Shown one piece after another: positions 20,354 to 28,625 of a DNA stretch of 64,000 nucleotides (its first letter is position 1; every line of letters begins with the position of its first letter). A program made the position numbers and the translations under genes. The notes under the pieces are model-generated. The model ran no database searches. It worked only from the letters and a program-made list of their open reading frames with translations, and was not told the origin of the DNA. Origin of the DNA: Thermoplasmatota archaeon (GTDB lineage: Archaea > Thermoplasmatota > E2 > JACPAO01 > JAHFTW01); the NCBI GenBank assembly GCA_041601615.1, contig JBFIHX010000007.1, positions 64,001-128,000 of the forward strand, read 5' to 3'.

Positions 20354-21124
20354 ATGATCAGAGGACTCGTTGTAGCAACGGTTCTTGCTTGCTCTGGATG
20401 TTTGAGTATTGCAGTCCAGGAAAACACCGCCCTGCCTGACGAAACGCGCGGATTCATCTCGGACTTCATGTTCCTGTCGGATTGTTCAGGCATCCAGGCG
20501 GAGCAGGCATATCCGCCCGGAATATCTCCTGCCCCCACGCCATCTGGCTGGGATCCCGACCCGGAGTCAGACACTGTGATTCGATTTTTCGTTTGGAGAT
20601 GCGCACAAGTCGGGCTTCACGAATTGGAGCGGTCCGCAACGATTGCCATCGAAACCGGAACCAATGGATACGCCCCCAAGAATTGCACCCTTGGCAGTTC
20701 TGTCCGACCTTCATACCTGCTCAACTTCTTGACCGATGATATGGATTTGGCCCATATTTTGGATTTTGAATTTGGAATTAATGCAAAAATTGCATCATTC
20801 AATTATGAAATAAATGGGACTATTAAAAATATAGGTTGGGTTGTGGGGGAGATTGGCTCAGAGATTGAAGTCATCGGAGACCAACCTGGCCAAGTAAAAA
20901 CAGAGGAAGAAAAAAGAATTGTTTGGGAAACGGACTCTGGCATGTCCTATGTCGATTTGGACATATCCTATCAAAATCCGTATTTGTACTATCAATCGTC
21001 TAGAGGATTTTTAAATGAACCTCATTATATAGGCCCTCTAGGAATTTTTGCAGGAGTTGCCAGCTTTGACAGCAACGGGAAGATCATAGGTGAAATGCAC
21101 CGCTCCGAAGGAGTCTGCGATTGA
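20354..21124 (+). CDS. Putative lipoprotein, unknown function
   Basis: MIRGLVVATVLACSGC lipobox-like leader; TGATG coupling to next gene. Confidence 0.7.
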   Translation: MIRGLVVATVLACSGCLSIAVQENTALPDETRGFISDFMFLSDCSGIQAEQAYPPGISPAPTPSGWDPDPESDTVIRFFVWRCAQVGLHELERSATIAIETGTNGYAPKNCTLGSSVRPSYLLNFLTDDMDLAHILDFEFGINAKIASFNYEINGTIKNIGWVVGEIGSEIEVIGDQPGQVKTEEEKRIVWETDSGMSYVDLDISYQNPYLYYQSSRGFLNEPHYIGPLGIFAGVASFDSNGKIIGEMHRSEGVCD

Positions 21125-22563
21125 TGAATCATTCCTTATTTTCAATTGTAATATTTCTGATTTCTTCTCAAAGTTCTGCTGCATTGGCACTAAATTTTGA
21201 TCAACCTGCATCATTTGATGTTGACCATGGAAACACGCATTCTCAAGGTATCATATTTGCATTTAGAGAGAATAGTGATTGGGAATTTGCAGCAATGAGT
21301 GATTCTGTGGGAGTTTATAATCAACATAGGCACGTAAAAATTGATCATCCCACTTCAAACTACATTATCATCAAGGAAGAAATTCGCGAAGAGCCCACCC
21401 AGGCAGACTGGGAATCCATCAAATTGCACCCCACTGGAAAAATATCAACCTTTGTGGTCTATGCAGAAGCAATCTCCACTACACTCCCTTCTTCTCGCGC
21501 CACGCTCGGACAAGCAGACTCCTTTGCACCGCAACACTGGGAGCTTCCCTGGTGGTCTGACTCCATGCGAGGCACCGTGGACATCGAGGGCCGAATCATC
21601 CTGGAGCCAACGGCATCTCCTTCCACCATCACATTCAGAGGGCTGCAATCCTTCGAGTGGTCCCATGCGCGCTCAACCTGCAGAGGCGGCGCTGAGTGTC
21701 CGCAGGCAACAGAGAGCAGGCAGTTCATTGATTTTCCAGAGCAATTTCTGAGCGGTGGCACAGCCACTCTCACCGGCACCCCCGATTTCATCGCATTCCT
21801 GGACCCCACGGAGTTGTCGTTTCATGGAACGGCGCGGTTGCCTCGTGCCGTGGGCGAGCTTGAGTGCGAAAATTGCACCTTAGACGGCGACACGCTGGTG
21901 ATGCATGGAGACTTGAATTTCACGAATTTTCAGACCACCCGGGAAGGCGGATTTACTGCGAATCTTGGCGGGACGTACTCGGTGCGCATTAACGAGACCC
22001 CAACCGGGTTCGTCTCCAGTCAAACGGCCGTGGCCGTCGTTGCCGCAGTGGCGCTGGGGCTTGCGTTGCTTTGGAAGATTCTTGCTGCACTCGTCTCGCA
22101 GCAAATTCTCTCCAAGCCCCTGGAGCTTCGAACGAGGCGGTTGTTGTTGGATGTAATCAAGGAGAATCCCGGTGCCACGGCGCGGGAATTGCGGCGCGTG
22201 ACAGAGTTCGGCTCGAACCAGTTGTTGCACCATGTGACGATTCTGCGTCAGGCGCGTGAGATTCGGTCGTGGCGCGTGGGCCGCAATGTGCATTATAGCC
22301 TGCATTCGATTGATCCGGCCGCGGCGATGCGGACGCGAGCACTTGACGACCAGGATGTTCGTCAATTGCATGCGTTCATCTTGGAAGCCGGTGAGGCGCC
22401 CCAGAAGACCCTGGCCGAGTGGGCCGAGAGGTCCTTTGGGTGGGCTCGTTCGACGCTGCAATCGCGGCTGCAGCAGTTGGCCGATGTGGGTTTGCTTACC
22501 TCGCGAACCGATGGCCGCTGGCGCGTTTATGCGGCGTTGCCGGTTCCGCAGGATGACGCCTAG
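21124..22563 (+). CDS. Membrane-anchored regulator: signal peptide, ectodomain, TM, tandem winged helix
   Basis: TM AVAVVAAVALGLALLW; wHTH RRLLLDVIKENPGATARELR...HHVTIL and ARSTLQSRLQQLADVGLL. Confidence 0.82.
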   Translation: MNHSLFSIVIFLISSQSSAALALNFDQPASFDVDHGNTHSQGIIFAFRENSDWEFAAMSDSVGVYNQHRHVKIDHPTSNYIIIKEEIREEPTQADWESIKLHPTGKISTFVVYAEAISTTLPSSRATLGQADSFAPQHWELPWWSDSMRGTVDIEGRIILEPTASPSTITFRGLQSFEWSHARSTCRGGAECPQATESRQFIDFPEQFLSGGTATLTGTPDFIAFLDPTELSFHGTARLPRAVGELECENCTLDGDTLVMHGDLNFTNFQTTREGGFTANLGGTYSVRINETPTGFVSSQTAVAVVAAVALGLALLWKILAALVSQQILSKPLELRTRRLLLDVIKENPGATARELRRVTEFGSNQLLHHVTILRQAREIRSWRVGRNVHYSLHSIDPAAAMRTRALDDQDVRQLHAFILEAGEAPQKTLAEWAERSFGWARSTLQSRLQQLADVGLLTSRTDGRWRVYAALPVPQDDA

Positions 22564-23474
22564 GCTGCGACACCTTGGCGGTGTCGGCGCGGAGTGCGGC
22601 GGCGCTCGGCGCGTTGTTGCTTCGTGGGCACGCGCAGGTCGGTGACAAGGCGCAGGGGCTTGAGGAAGAACAGGACGTAGCGACCGAGGTCCACTTGGTA
22701 CCAGCGCAGGCCGATGTAGGCACTGTCGGGGAAGGCGTGGTGGTTGTTGTGCCAGCCTTCGCCGAAGCCGAAGATGCCGAAGAACGCGTTGTTGCGTGCT
22801 ACGTCGGGGCTGTTGTAGGGCCTGGTGCCGATGATGTGGCAGATGCTGTTGATGCTCCAGGTGATGTGGTGCACCAAAAAGACGCGCACGACGCCACCCC
22901 AGAGGAGGCTTTGCCAGAAGTGGCCCCAGGTTCCGAAGACGGCGAGGCCGACGAGGCCGGGGACGACGAGGCTGCTGATGATCCAGAAGAGTTGGGTTTT
23001 CTCGAAGAAGCGGACGACGGGGTCGCGCATGAGGCGGTCGTGGCCGGGGCCGCTGTGGACGAGGTTGCCCTTGGCAAGCCAGCCGAAGTGGCTGTGCCAG
23101 AGGCCGTCGAGGGGGCTGTGGGGGTCACCGGGTTTGTCGCTGAGTGCGTGGTGGCGGCGGTGGGTGGCGGCCCAGGAGGCGGGTCCGCCTTCGACGCTCA
23201 TGGCGGCCATGCTGTACAAGAGGGCGCGGACGGGAGCGCGGGCCTTGAAGGCACCGTGGGCGGTCATGCGGTGGTAGCCGAGGCTGATGCCGACGCCGGC
23301 GACGGCTTGGAGGAAGATGAGCATCCCAAGATCGAGCCAGGTGACGTGGCTGCCCCACAGGAGGGCGATGGCGAGGATGGTGAGGGCAAAGGGAATCGCG
23401 GCTGCAAGGACGACCGCGATGCGGTTGCCCATTTTCTTGCCGATGAAGGGGTAGGTGTTGTCGACGCTGGACAT
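22560..23474 (-). CDS. Delta-9-type acyl-CoA/acyl-lipid fatty acid desaturase
   Basis: Three His boxes HRMTAH, HRRHH, HNNHH; DPHSP, WSINSICH, GEGW. Confidence 0.95.
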   Translation of the reverse strand: MSSVDNTYPFIGKKMGNRIAVVLAAAIPFALTILAIALLWGSHVTWLDLGMLIFLQAVAGVGISLGYHRMTAHGAFKARAPVRALLYSMAAMSVEGGPASWAATHRRHHALSDKPGDPHSPLDGLWHSHFGWLAKGNLVHSGPGHDRLMRDPVVRFFEKTQLFWIISSLVVPGLVGLAVFGTWGHFWQSLLWGGVVRVFLVHHITWSINSICHIIGTRPYNSPDVARNNAFFGIFGFGEGWHNNHHAFPDSAYIGLRWYQVDLGRYVLFFLKPLRLVTDLRVPTKQQRAERRRTPRRHRQGVAA

Positions 23475-23605
23475 GGATGGCTCCGGGCAGCACGCATCCC
23501 GTGCGCTGCCAGTGGTAGCATTGAAACAGGGGACCCTATTAACCGACAAGTGGGCCCCCTGGGCCCTGGTTGTGTGGAGGAAACCCAGTGTCCGATCCAA
23601 AAGCC

Positions 23606-24082
23606 ATGGAAAACGAGGATCTGATGGGGAGGCTTGAAGGCTTCCTCGACAAGCAGGCAGATGACCACAGGCGCGCCATGGAGGAGGTGGTGGTGTGGTT
23701 GCAGCGGGCGGGCAGCTTGGAGCGGGAGATTCATCGCTCCGTGGCGAGCTTGGGCACGATTTTCCAGAAGTGGAGCTTTGAGATCTTGTTCCTGCTTCGC
23801 ATCCGGGGCACGCTTCGCTTCAATCAGTTGCGCGAGGAGTTGACGAGCGTGCAGCAGAAGGGTGTCTTGGGCCGTGTGCGGGACATGGCTGGTGTCGGCA
23901 GTCGTACTTTGAGCGAGCGCTTGAAGGACCTCGAATCAAGGGGCTTGGTGCACCGTGAGGTGATCGCGGAGGTGCCTGTGCGCGTGGAGTATTCCTTGAC
24001 GACGAAGGGCCGCCGCTTTGGCGACTTGATGATGCCGGTGATTGCGTTTTTGCGCCTGAACCAACTGGAAGACCGCGATTAA
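23606..24082 (+). CDS. HxlR-family transcriptional regulator
   Basis: KWSFEIL, LRFNQL, RTLSERLKDLE, PVRVEYSLT. Confidence 0.9.
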   Translation: MENEDLMGRLEGFLDKQADDHRRAMEEVVVWLQRAGSLEREIHRSVASLGTIFQKWSFEILFLLRIRGTLRFNQLREELTSVQQKGVLGRVRDMAGVGSRTLSERLKDLESRGLVHREVIAEVPVRVEYSLTTKGRRFGDLMMPVIAFLRLNQLEDRD

Positions 24083-24222
24083 CCTAGCCCAGATCGACCA
24101 TGCTGATGGCCCCGGCGGCAGCGCGGCGTGGATCCATCGGGTGTTGCATTCCGGCTGCATCGCGTCGAGTTTACGGCTGTATCGAGGGTGCCTAAGTAGC
24201 GGGGGCGTGCGACGAGGATTCG

Positions 24223-25689
24223 GTGCATCCTATGCATGGAGATTCCCGTTTGTTCGTTCGACGCCTGCTCGTAGCTGCTTTGGTGACGCTGCTGATTGCG
24301 CCCGTGGCCCATGGGCAAATCGGTGGGTCGGCATCGGGTTCTGGTTCCGTTACGGGAACGGGTACAGGTGCCGGTGCGGGAGCGGGTGTGGATTCGTCCG
24401 TGGGCGGCTCCGTGTCGGGCGCTGGTTCCGGCACTTCGTCTGCGTCGGTGGATGCGGCGGGCACCGTGTTGGGTTCCGTTGCGACCACGTCCCAGGGTCC
24501 ACTGGATTTTTCTGCCGAAGTAGCGGCAACTGTGGATCGGGAGTCTGCGTCACGGGCGAAGGCGGATGCGTGGGCGGCCATGGATCCAGCGGAGCGTCAG
24601 GTGGCACGCGCTCGAGCGGTTGCGTCCGGCATTTCGGGCCAATTTGAGGTCGTGGGGGATGTGCGCCAGGGTGACTTTTCGTTTGTTCGTGTGGATGCGG
24701 CAGGAGCGGCCCTAGAAGGTCCGACGGTGCTGCGGGCGAGTGGCGACGTGCGTTTCTTGGACCGCGTGGGCCTCGTGGCCGGCGGCGATGCGCGGGTGTA
24801 TGAGACGGGCCGGAGCGTTGTTTTGTGGGCCGACGGCGCGCGCGTCGAGGCGGAGGACACGGTGAAGGGTTCGATTGTGGTGCAGGCAGCCCAGCAGCCC
24901 GTGGATGTGGAGATCGAATTGGCGGCGGGCACCGAGGCCGCGTGGGCGGCGGGCGGGTGGTTGCGGTTGCAGCGCGGCGACCATGCGGGAGCGCTTTCCA
25001 TCTCAGGAGCCGGGTTGTTCAACACGAGTGTTTCTGGCCAAATCTCGGTGCACTTGGAACCATGGGCCCGGTTGGGATTCGAGGCGCAGCGGCCGGACTC
25101 GGGGGGCCAGGAATTCGAGTCCGAACAGGATGCGCGCCAGGCATCCATGGTGGGTGGCGAGGCAAGGATTGTCGCGGCGCAAGGCGCCATGGACGCCCAG
25201 TTATTGTCCCTCAGCGTCAACTTGTCCTCGGTTCGCGAACAAGGCAGTGAGGTGGTTTTGGAAGTCGAAAGCAGCGATCCAAGACCCCGCGTCGTCGAGG
25301 TGACACTGGACGCGGCGCTGTTTGCCAATGCTACGGATGTGCGCATGTCGTTCGATGGAGTGCCAGCAGTGCGCGCGTCGTCGGTGGCCGAAGTGTACGC
25401 AGGTGATCACGCGAAGACCACCTACGCCCTCACGTCCTCGAATGGCAACCATCGTGTCGTGGTTTGGGTAGAGGGATTCAGTACGCACGCGCTTGGGTTC
25501 CAAGCTGAAAACGGCACAGCGGCGGGCCAAGACCAAGAGGACGCTTCGAGTTCGCCGGGTGGCCGGGATGGTGCGGCCGTGGGCGGCGCCGGAAACGATC
25601 CAGAGGGAGTGGATTCACCGGTGCTCCCCCTGCCGATTTTGTTGTTGGGCATCGTGGTGGCAGCAGCCATACTTTCCCGGCGCACATAG
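24223..25689 (+). CDS. Cell-surface protein with Gly/Ser-rich N-terminus and C-terminal sorting-like tail
   Basis: Signal peptide; VEGFSTH; tail DSPVLPLPILLLGIVVAAAILSRRT. Confidence 0.75.
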   Translation: MHPMHGDSRLFVRRLLVAALVTLLIAPVAHGQIGGSASGSGSVTGTGTGAGAGAGVDSSVGGSVSGAGSGTSSASVDAAGTVLGSVATTSQGPLDFSAEVAATVDRESASRAKADAWAAMDPAERQVARARAVASGISGQFEVVGDVRQGDFSFVRVDAAGAALEGPTVLRASGDVRFLDRVGLVAGGDARVYETGRSVVLWADGARVEAEDTVKGSIVVQAAQQPVDVEIELAAGTEAAWAAGGWLRLQRGDHAGALSISGAGLFNTSVSGQISVHLEPWARLGFEAQRPDSGGQEFESEQDARQASMVGGEARIVAAQGAMDAQLLSLSVNLSSVREQGSEVVLEVESSDPRPRVVEVTLDAALFANATDVRMSFDGVPAVRASSVAEVYAGDHAKTTYALTSSNGNHRVVVWVEGFSTHALGFQAENGTAAGQDQEDASSSPGGRDGAAVGGAGNDPEGVDSPVLPLPILLLGIVVAAAILSRRT

Positions 25690-25707
25690 TAAGCCGTAGG
25701 AGGAGAC

Positions 25708-25743
25708 GCCGGGAGCGAGGACCGAACAAGTCCTGCTCCCGGC
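25708..25743. terminator. Stem-loop between convergent genes
   Basis: gccgggagc(g)aggac-cgaacaa-gtcctgctcccggc followed by tttt. Confidence 0.55.
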
Positions 25744-25756
25744 TTTTCACTCGAAA

Positions 25757-25852
25757 CTACAACGGATGTTCGAGAATGAACGCTTCCGCCTTCAGCCGAG
25801 CAGCGGCATCCCATCCTTCTGCAAACATCGGACGCTGGAGCATTGCGGTGCA
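25757..25852 (-). pseudogene. Orphan diverged copy of the last 31 codons + stop of the adjacent sialidase-like gene
   Basis: Translates CTAMLQRPMFAEGWDAAARLKAEAFILEHPL* vs YTATLQRPMFAKGWDPAARINAEAFILAHPL*. Confidence 0.85.
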
Positions 25853-25933
25853 CCACCACAGGGGCTCCGCCCCTTGTGTATACCTCGGGCGCGGCATTCT
25901 CTCCCTTCGGTCGAGAAGCCAAGCAGGGCGAAA

Positions 25934-27634
25934 TTACAGCGGATGCGCCAGAATGAACGCCTCTGCATTGATTCGCGCTGCAGGATCCCAGCCCTTGGCA
26001 AACATCGGGCGCTGAAGCGTCGCGGTGTAGACATCGGCGTGGCCGTCGCGCGTATCGGGCCAGACAGGGTGGGCGGCTTGCCAACTGCTGTCGATGTCGT
26101 TGTAGTCGCCGATGAAGATGTTGCCATTCTGGTGGAAGCTCAACGCCGGGTCCCAGCCGCCGTCGTCGCTGTCGCGAACGCTGAATGGCTTGGCCCAGGT
26201 CTTGCCGCCGTCAAGCGAGTAGGTGTAGTGCTGCTCGAAGGTGGGGTGGCCGTCCACGAGGCGCGTGTTTTGGGTGTCCATCCAGCTGACATCGATGACG
26301 CCGCCGGGGCTGACGCTCACGGCGGGGAAGATGCTCCAGTTTTCGACGGTGCCATTGGTGACGTCCGTGGCGCTGATGCGGATGGGGTGGGTGAAGGAGT
26401 CGCCTTTGTCGTGGCTGGCGCTGAAGTAGATGCTGTTGGCTCCTTGTTCGGCGCATTCGGTGCGAGCGCTCCAGTTCTTGTCACCGCAGGCGTCGTTCCA
26501 GACGAAGTACATGGAGTCTGCAAAGGGCGAGTCGGGGTTGCGGTCGGTCGCCATGGCGGGGAAGCCAGTGCGGCGGTCGCGGGGCGACAGGCCAGGCATG
26601 CTCTGCGGGTTGGTGTCGGGGCCTTCGATGATTTCGCCCCAGGTTTCGCCGTAGTCCATGCTGCGCTTGAGGCGGATGCCGCCACTGTGCCAGGCCGCGT
26701 ACACCTCGCCGCCGGTGCCGACGTCCAAGAAGCTGCCTTGTCCGCTTTCCAAAAATTGCAGGGCAACGATTTCGGTGCAGAGGTAGGTGGCGCCGCCGTC
26801 GGTGCTGCGGCAGTATTGGTTGCCGGGCACGAAGAATGCGAGCCACATGACGTGGATGGTGCCGTCGGAGCTCGCAGCAATCCAGCCTTTGTCATGGAAG
26901 TTGACGGGGAAGGTGCCTTCGAGCACGGGCGTGAAGGTGTGGAAGGAGTCGCCTCCGTCGCTGCTGACGGCGACGATTTGCGTTGCGCGGTTGAAGGCCC
27001 AGTCGTTGAGGGCTCCTTGGGGGCATTCTTCTTCGCAGGTCTTGCTGCCGGTGACGCGGTCGGCTTGGTACGCCATCAGCAAGTAGTACAGTTCGCCGTT
27101 TACGTCGAAGTAGGCGACGGGGTCGGTGGTGCACCAAAACTGGCTGGCGTAGTTGGCTTGGAAGGAGTTGCGGTCGGCCAGGAGGCGCCATGGGCTGCCG
27201 TCGAAGCTGCGGTCGGCAAATGTGGTGCGCCCGCCATCGTGGCTGACGTAGACGCCGTCCCAGACACATTCACCGGCATCGGTTGGGTAGTAGTCCTTGG
27301 CGCCGCCGACGATGTTGCGCGGATCGGCAGGATTCACAGCGATGGTGACTTCGTTGCCGCTGCGGCCTTCGTCAGGCGTCATCTCGAAGTCACACCGGCG
27401 CTCCATGGCCTGCTGGTACGTCGTGGCTTTGGCGGGGTGCTCGACCAGGAAATGGCACACGGGCACCGGGATGGGCAAGCCCGCGTCGTCCACGGCGGTG
27501 AACTGAACGCCGGGCCCGTGGTTGAGGCTCGCGGGGCCAGCGCCCACGTCATCGTTGGGGGCAGGCGAGTCGCTGATGCACCCTGCGAGGGCGGTGATCA
27601 AAAAGAGAGGAGCCAGGAAGGCCTGGATACGCAT
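25934..27634 (-). CDS. Sialidase/BNR (Asp-box) repeat lipoprotein
   Basis: Lipobox LAGC; Asp boxes SHDGGRT, SSDGGDSF, STDGGATY, SMDYGETW, SHDKGDSF, SLDGGKTW; FIGDY. Confidence 0.88.
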   Translation of the reverse strand: MRIQAFLAPLFLITALAGCISDSPAPNDDVGAGPASLNHGPGVQFTAVDDAGLPIPVPVCHFLVEHPAKATTYQQAMERRCDFEMTPDEGRSGNEVTIAVNPADPRNIVGGAKDYYPTDAGECVWDGVYVSHDGGRTTFADRSFDGSPWRLLADRNSFQANYASQFWCTTDPVAYFDVNGELYYLLMAYQADRVTGSKTCEEECPQGALNDWAFNRATQIVAVSSDGGDSFHTFTPVLEGTFPVNFHDKGWIAASSDGTIHVMWLAFFVPGNQYCRSTDGGATYLCTEIVALQFLESGQGSFLDVGTGGEVYAAWHSGGIRLKRSMDYGETWGEIIEGPDTNPQSMPGLSPRDRRTGFPAMATDRNPDSPFADSMYFVWNDACGDKNWSARTECAEQGANSIYFSASHDKGDSFTHPIRISATDVTNGTVENWSIFPAVSVSPGGVIDVSWMDTQNTRLVDGHPTFEQHYTYSLDGGKTWAKPFSVRDSDDGGWDPALSFHQNGNIFIGDYNDIDSSWQAAHPVWPDTRDGHADVYTATLQRPMFAKGWDPAARINAEAFILAHPL

Positions 27635-27689
27635 TGGGCGCGCGAGGCAAGCCACCACGCTTGGGCTTTGCGGCAGCGACCTCGGCCTG

Positions 27690-28331
27690 TTAGAGTGTCG
27701 TTTGACGAGGTGCCAGCAAGCGCCGCACCGTTTCCCAACTGCGCCGGGCGCCCTCTGGAACGTCGCCGTGCGCTTGGACCCATGCTGCAAGAAACGCCTT
27801 GGTTTTCGGGTCGCTTGGGTATCCGGAGCCCATTTCCATCGGCAACACGCGCTCAAGACGCCTGGCAAGATCTGCAACCCGTCGGTCCCTGGTGACTTTG
27901 GCAACGATGCTTGCGGCCGCAACCTCCACGTGCTCCTCGTCGGCGCGGTGTTGGCTGTGCACGTCGACGCCTTCGAGACCTTCCATCATGCGGCGGCCGA
28001 AGCGGGCGGCATCCACGTCAGCTGCATCCACCACGACGCGAGCCACTCCTAGTTCGGCCGCGATTTCACGAAATCGAACGAGTTCAATGTGGTTGAGGGT
28101 GTTCGTGGCGCGCTCTGCATCCAGTACATCGGCTTCGATGACCCGCACCACGACGCGCACATCTGGGTCGGCTTCGAGCAAGCGAGCGATGCGTTCGCGC
28201 TTGGCGGCGGTCAATTTCTTGGAGTCTTTGCAACCAAGTTGGTGCAGCTTGGCGGCGTCCCCCGCGACTCCTGCCACGACCAAAGGCCCCAGGACTGGTC
28301 CCCGTCCGGCCTCATCGATCCCACCCTGCAC
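27690..28331 (-). CDS. rnhB: Ribonuclease HII
   Basis: GIDEAGRGPVLGPLVV, DSKKL, VAAASIVAKV, GSGYPSDP. Confidence 0.97.
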   Translation of the reverse strand: MQGGIDEAGRGPVLGPLVVAGVAGDAAKLHQLGCKDSKKLTAAKRERIARLLEADPDVRVVVRVIEADVLDAERATNTLNHIELVRFREIAAELGVARVVVDAADVDAARFGRRMMEGLEGVDVHSQHRADEEHVEVAAASIVAKVTRDRRVADLARRLERVLPMEMGSGYPSDPKTKAFLAAWVQAHGDVPEGARRSWETVRRLLAPRQTTL

Positions 28332-28450
28332 AAACCATCCAGGTGGCCTCGGTCAGATAAAGCCGCCCGGGTTGCTGGCAATCCTTTAGCACCGCAAGGC
28401 CAAGGTTGTGCCGGGAACCGACCTCGCCAAGCACCCACTTGGAACACCGA

Positions 28451-28476
28451 CCACCACCACCACCACCACCACCACC
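28451..28476. repeat. (CCA)n simple repeat, 26 nt, in divergent intergenic region
   Basis: ccaccaccaccaccaccaccaccacc. Confidence 0.9.
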
Positions 28477-28625
28477 TTGGGCCTCGCCGGACGCGCCTGC
28501 CGGCGGGGCCCTTCAGGCACGTTTGGAACGGCTTGTTCTCCTGTTGCAGCTCTCATTGGTTGGTTGTTCGGCGCGGACCCAACCACCGTGTGGCTTTTAT
28601 TGCCTGGCGCAGAGCATGGGGACAT

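Noticed and set aside
28386-28625. (CCA)n run as a poly-His/Gly/Thr coding segment (extended ORF 28089-30641)
   Set aside because: The signal peptide starts at ATG 28626, the upstream extension overlaps rnhB antisense, and the poly-Gly frame has no start codon before the repeat.
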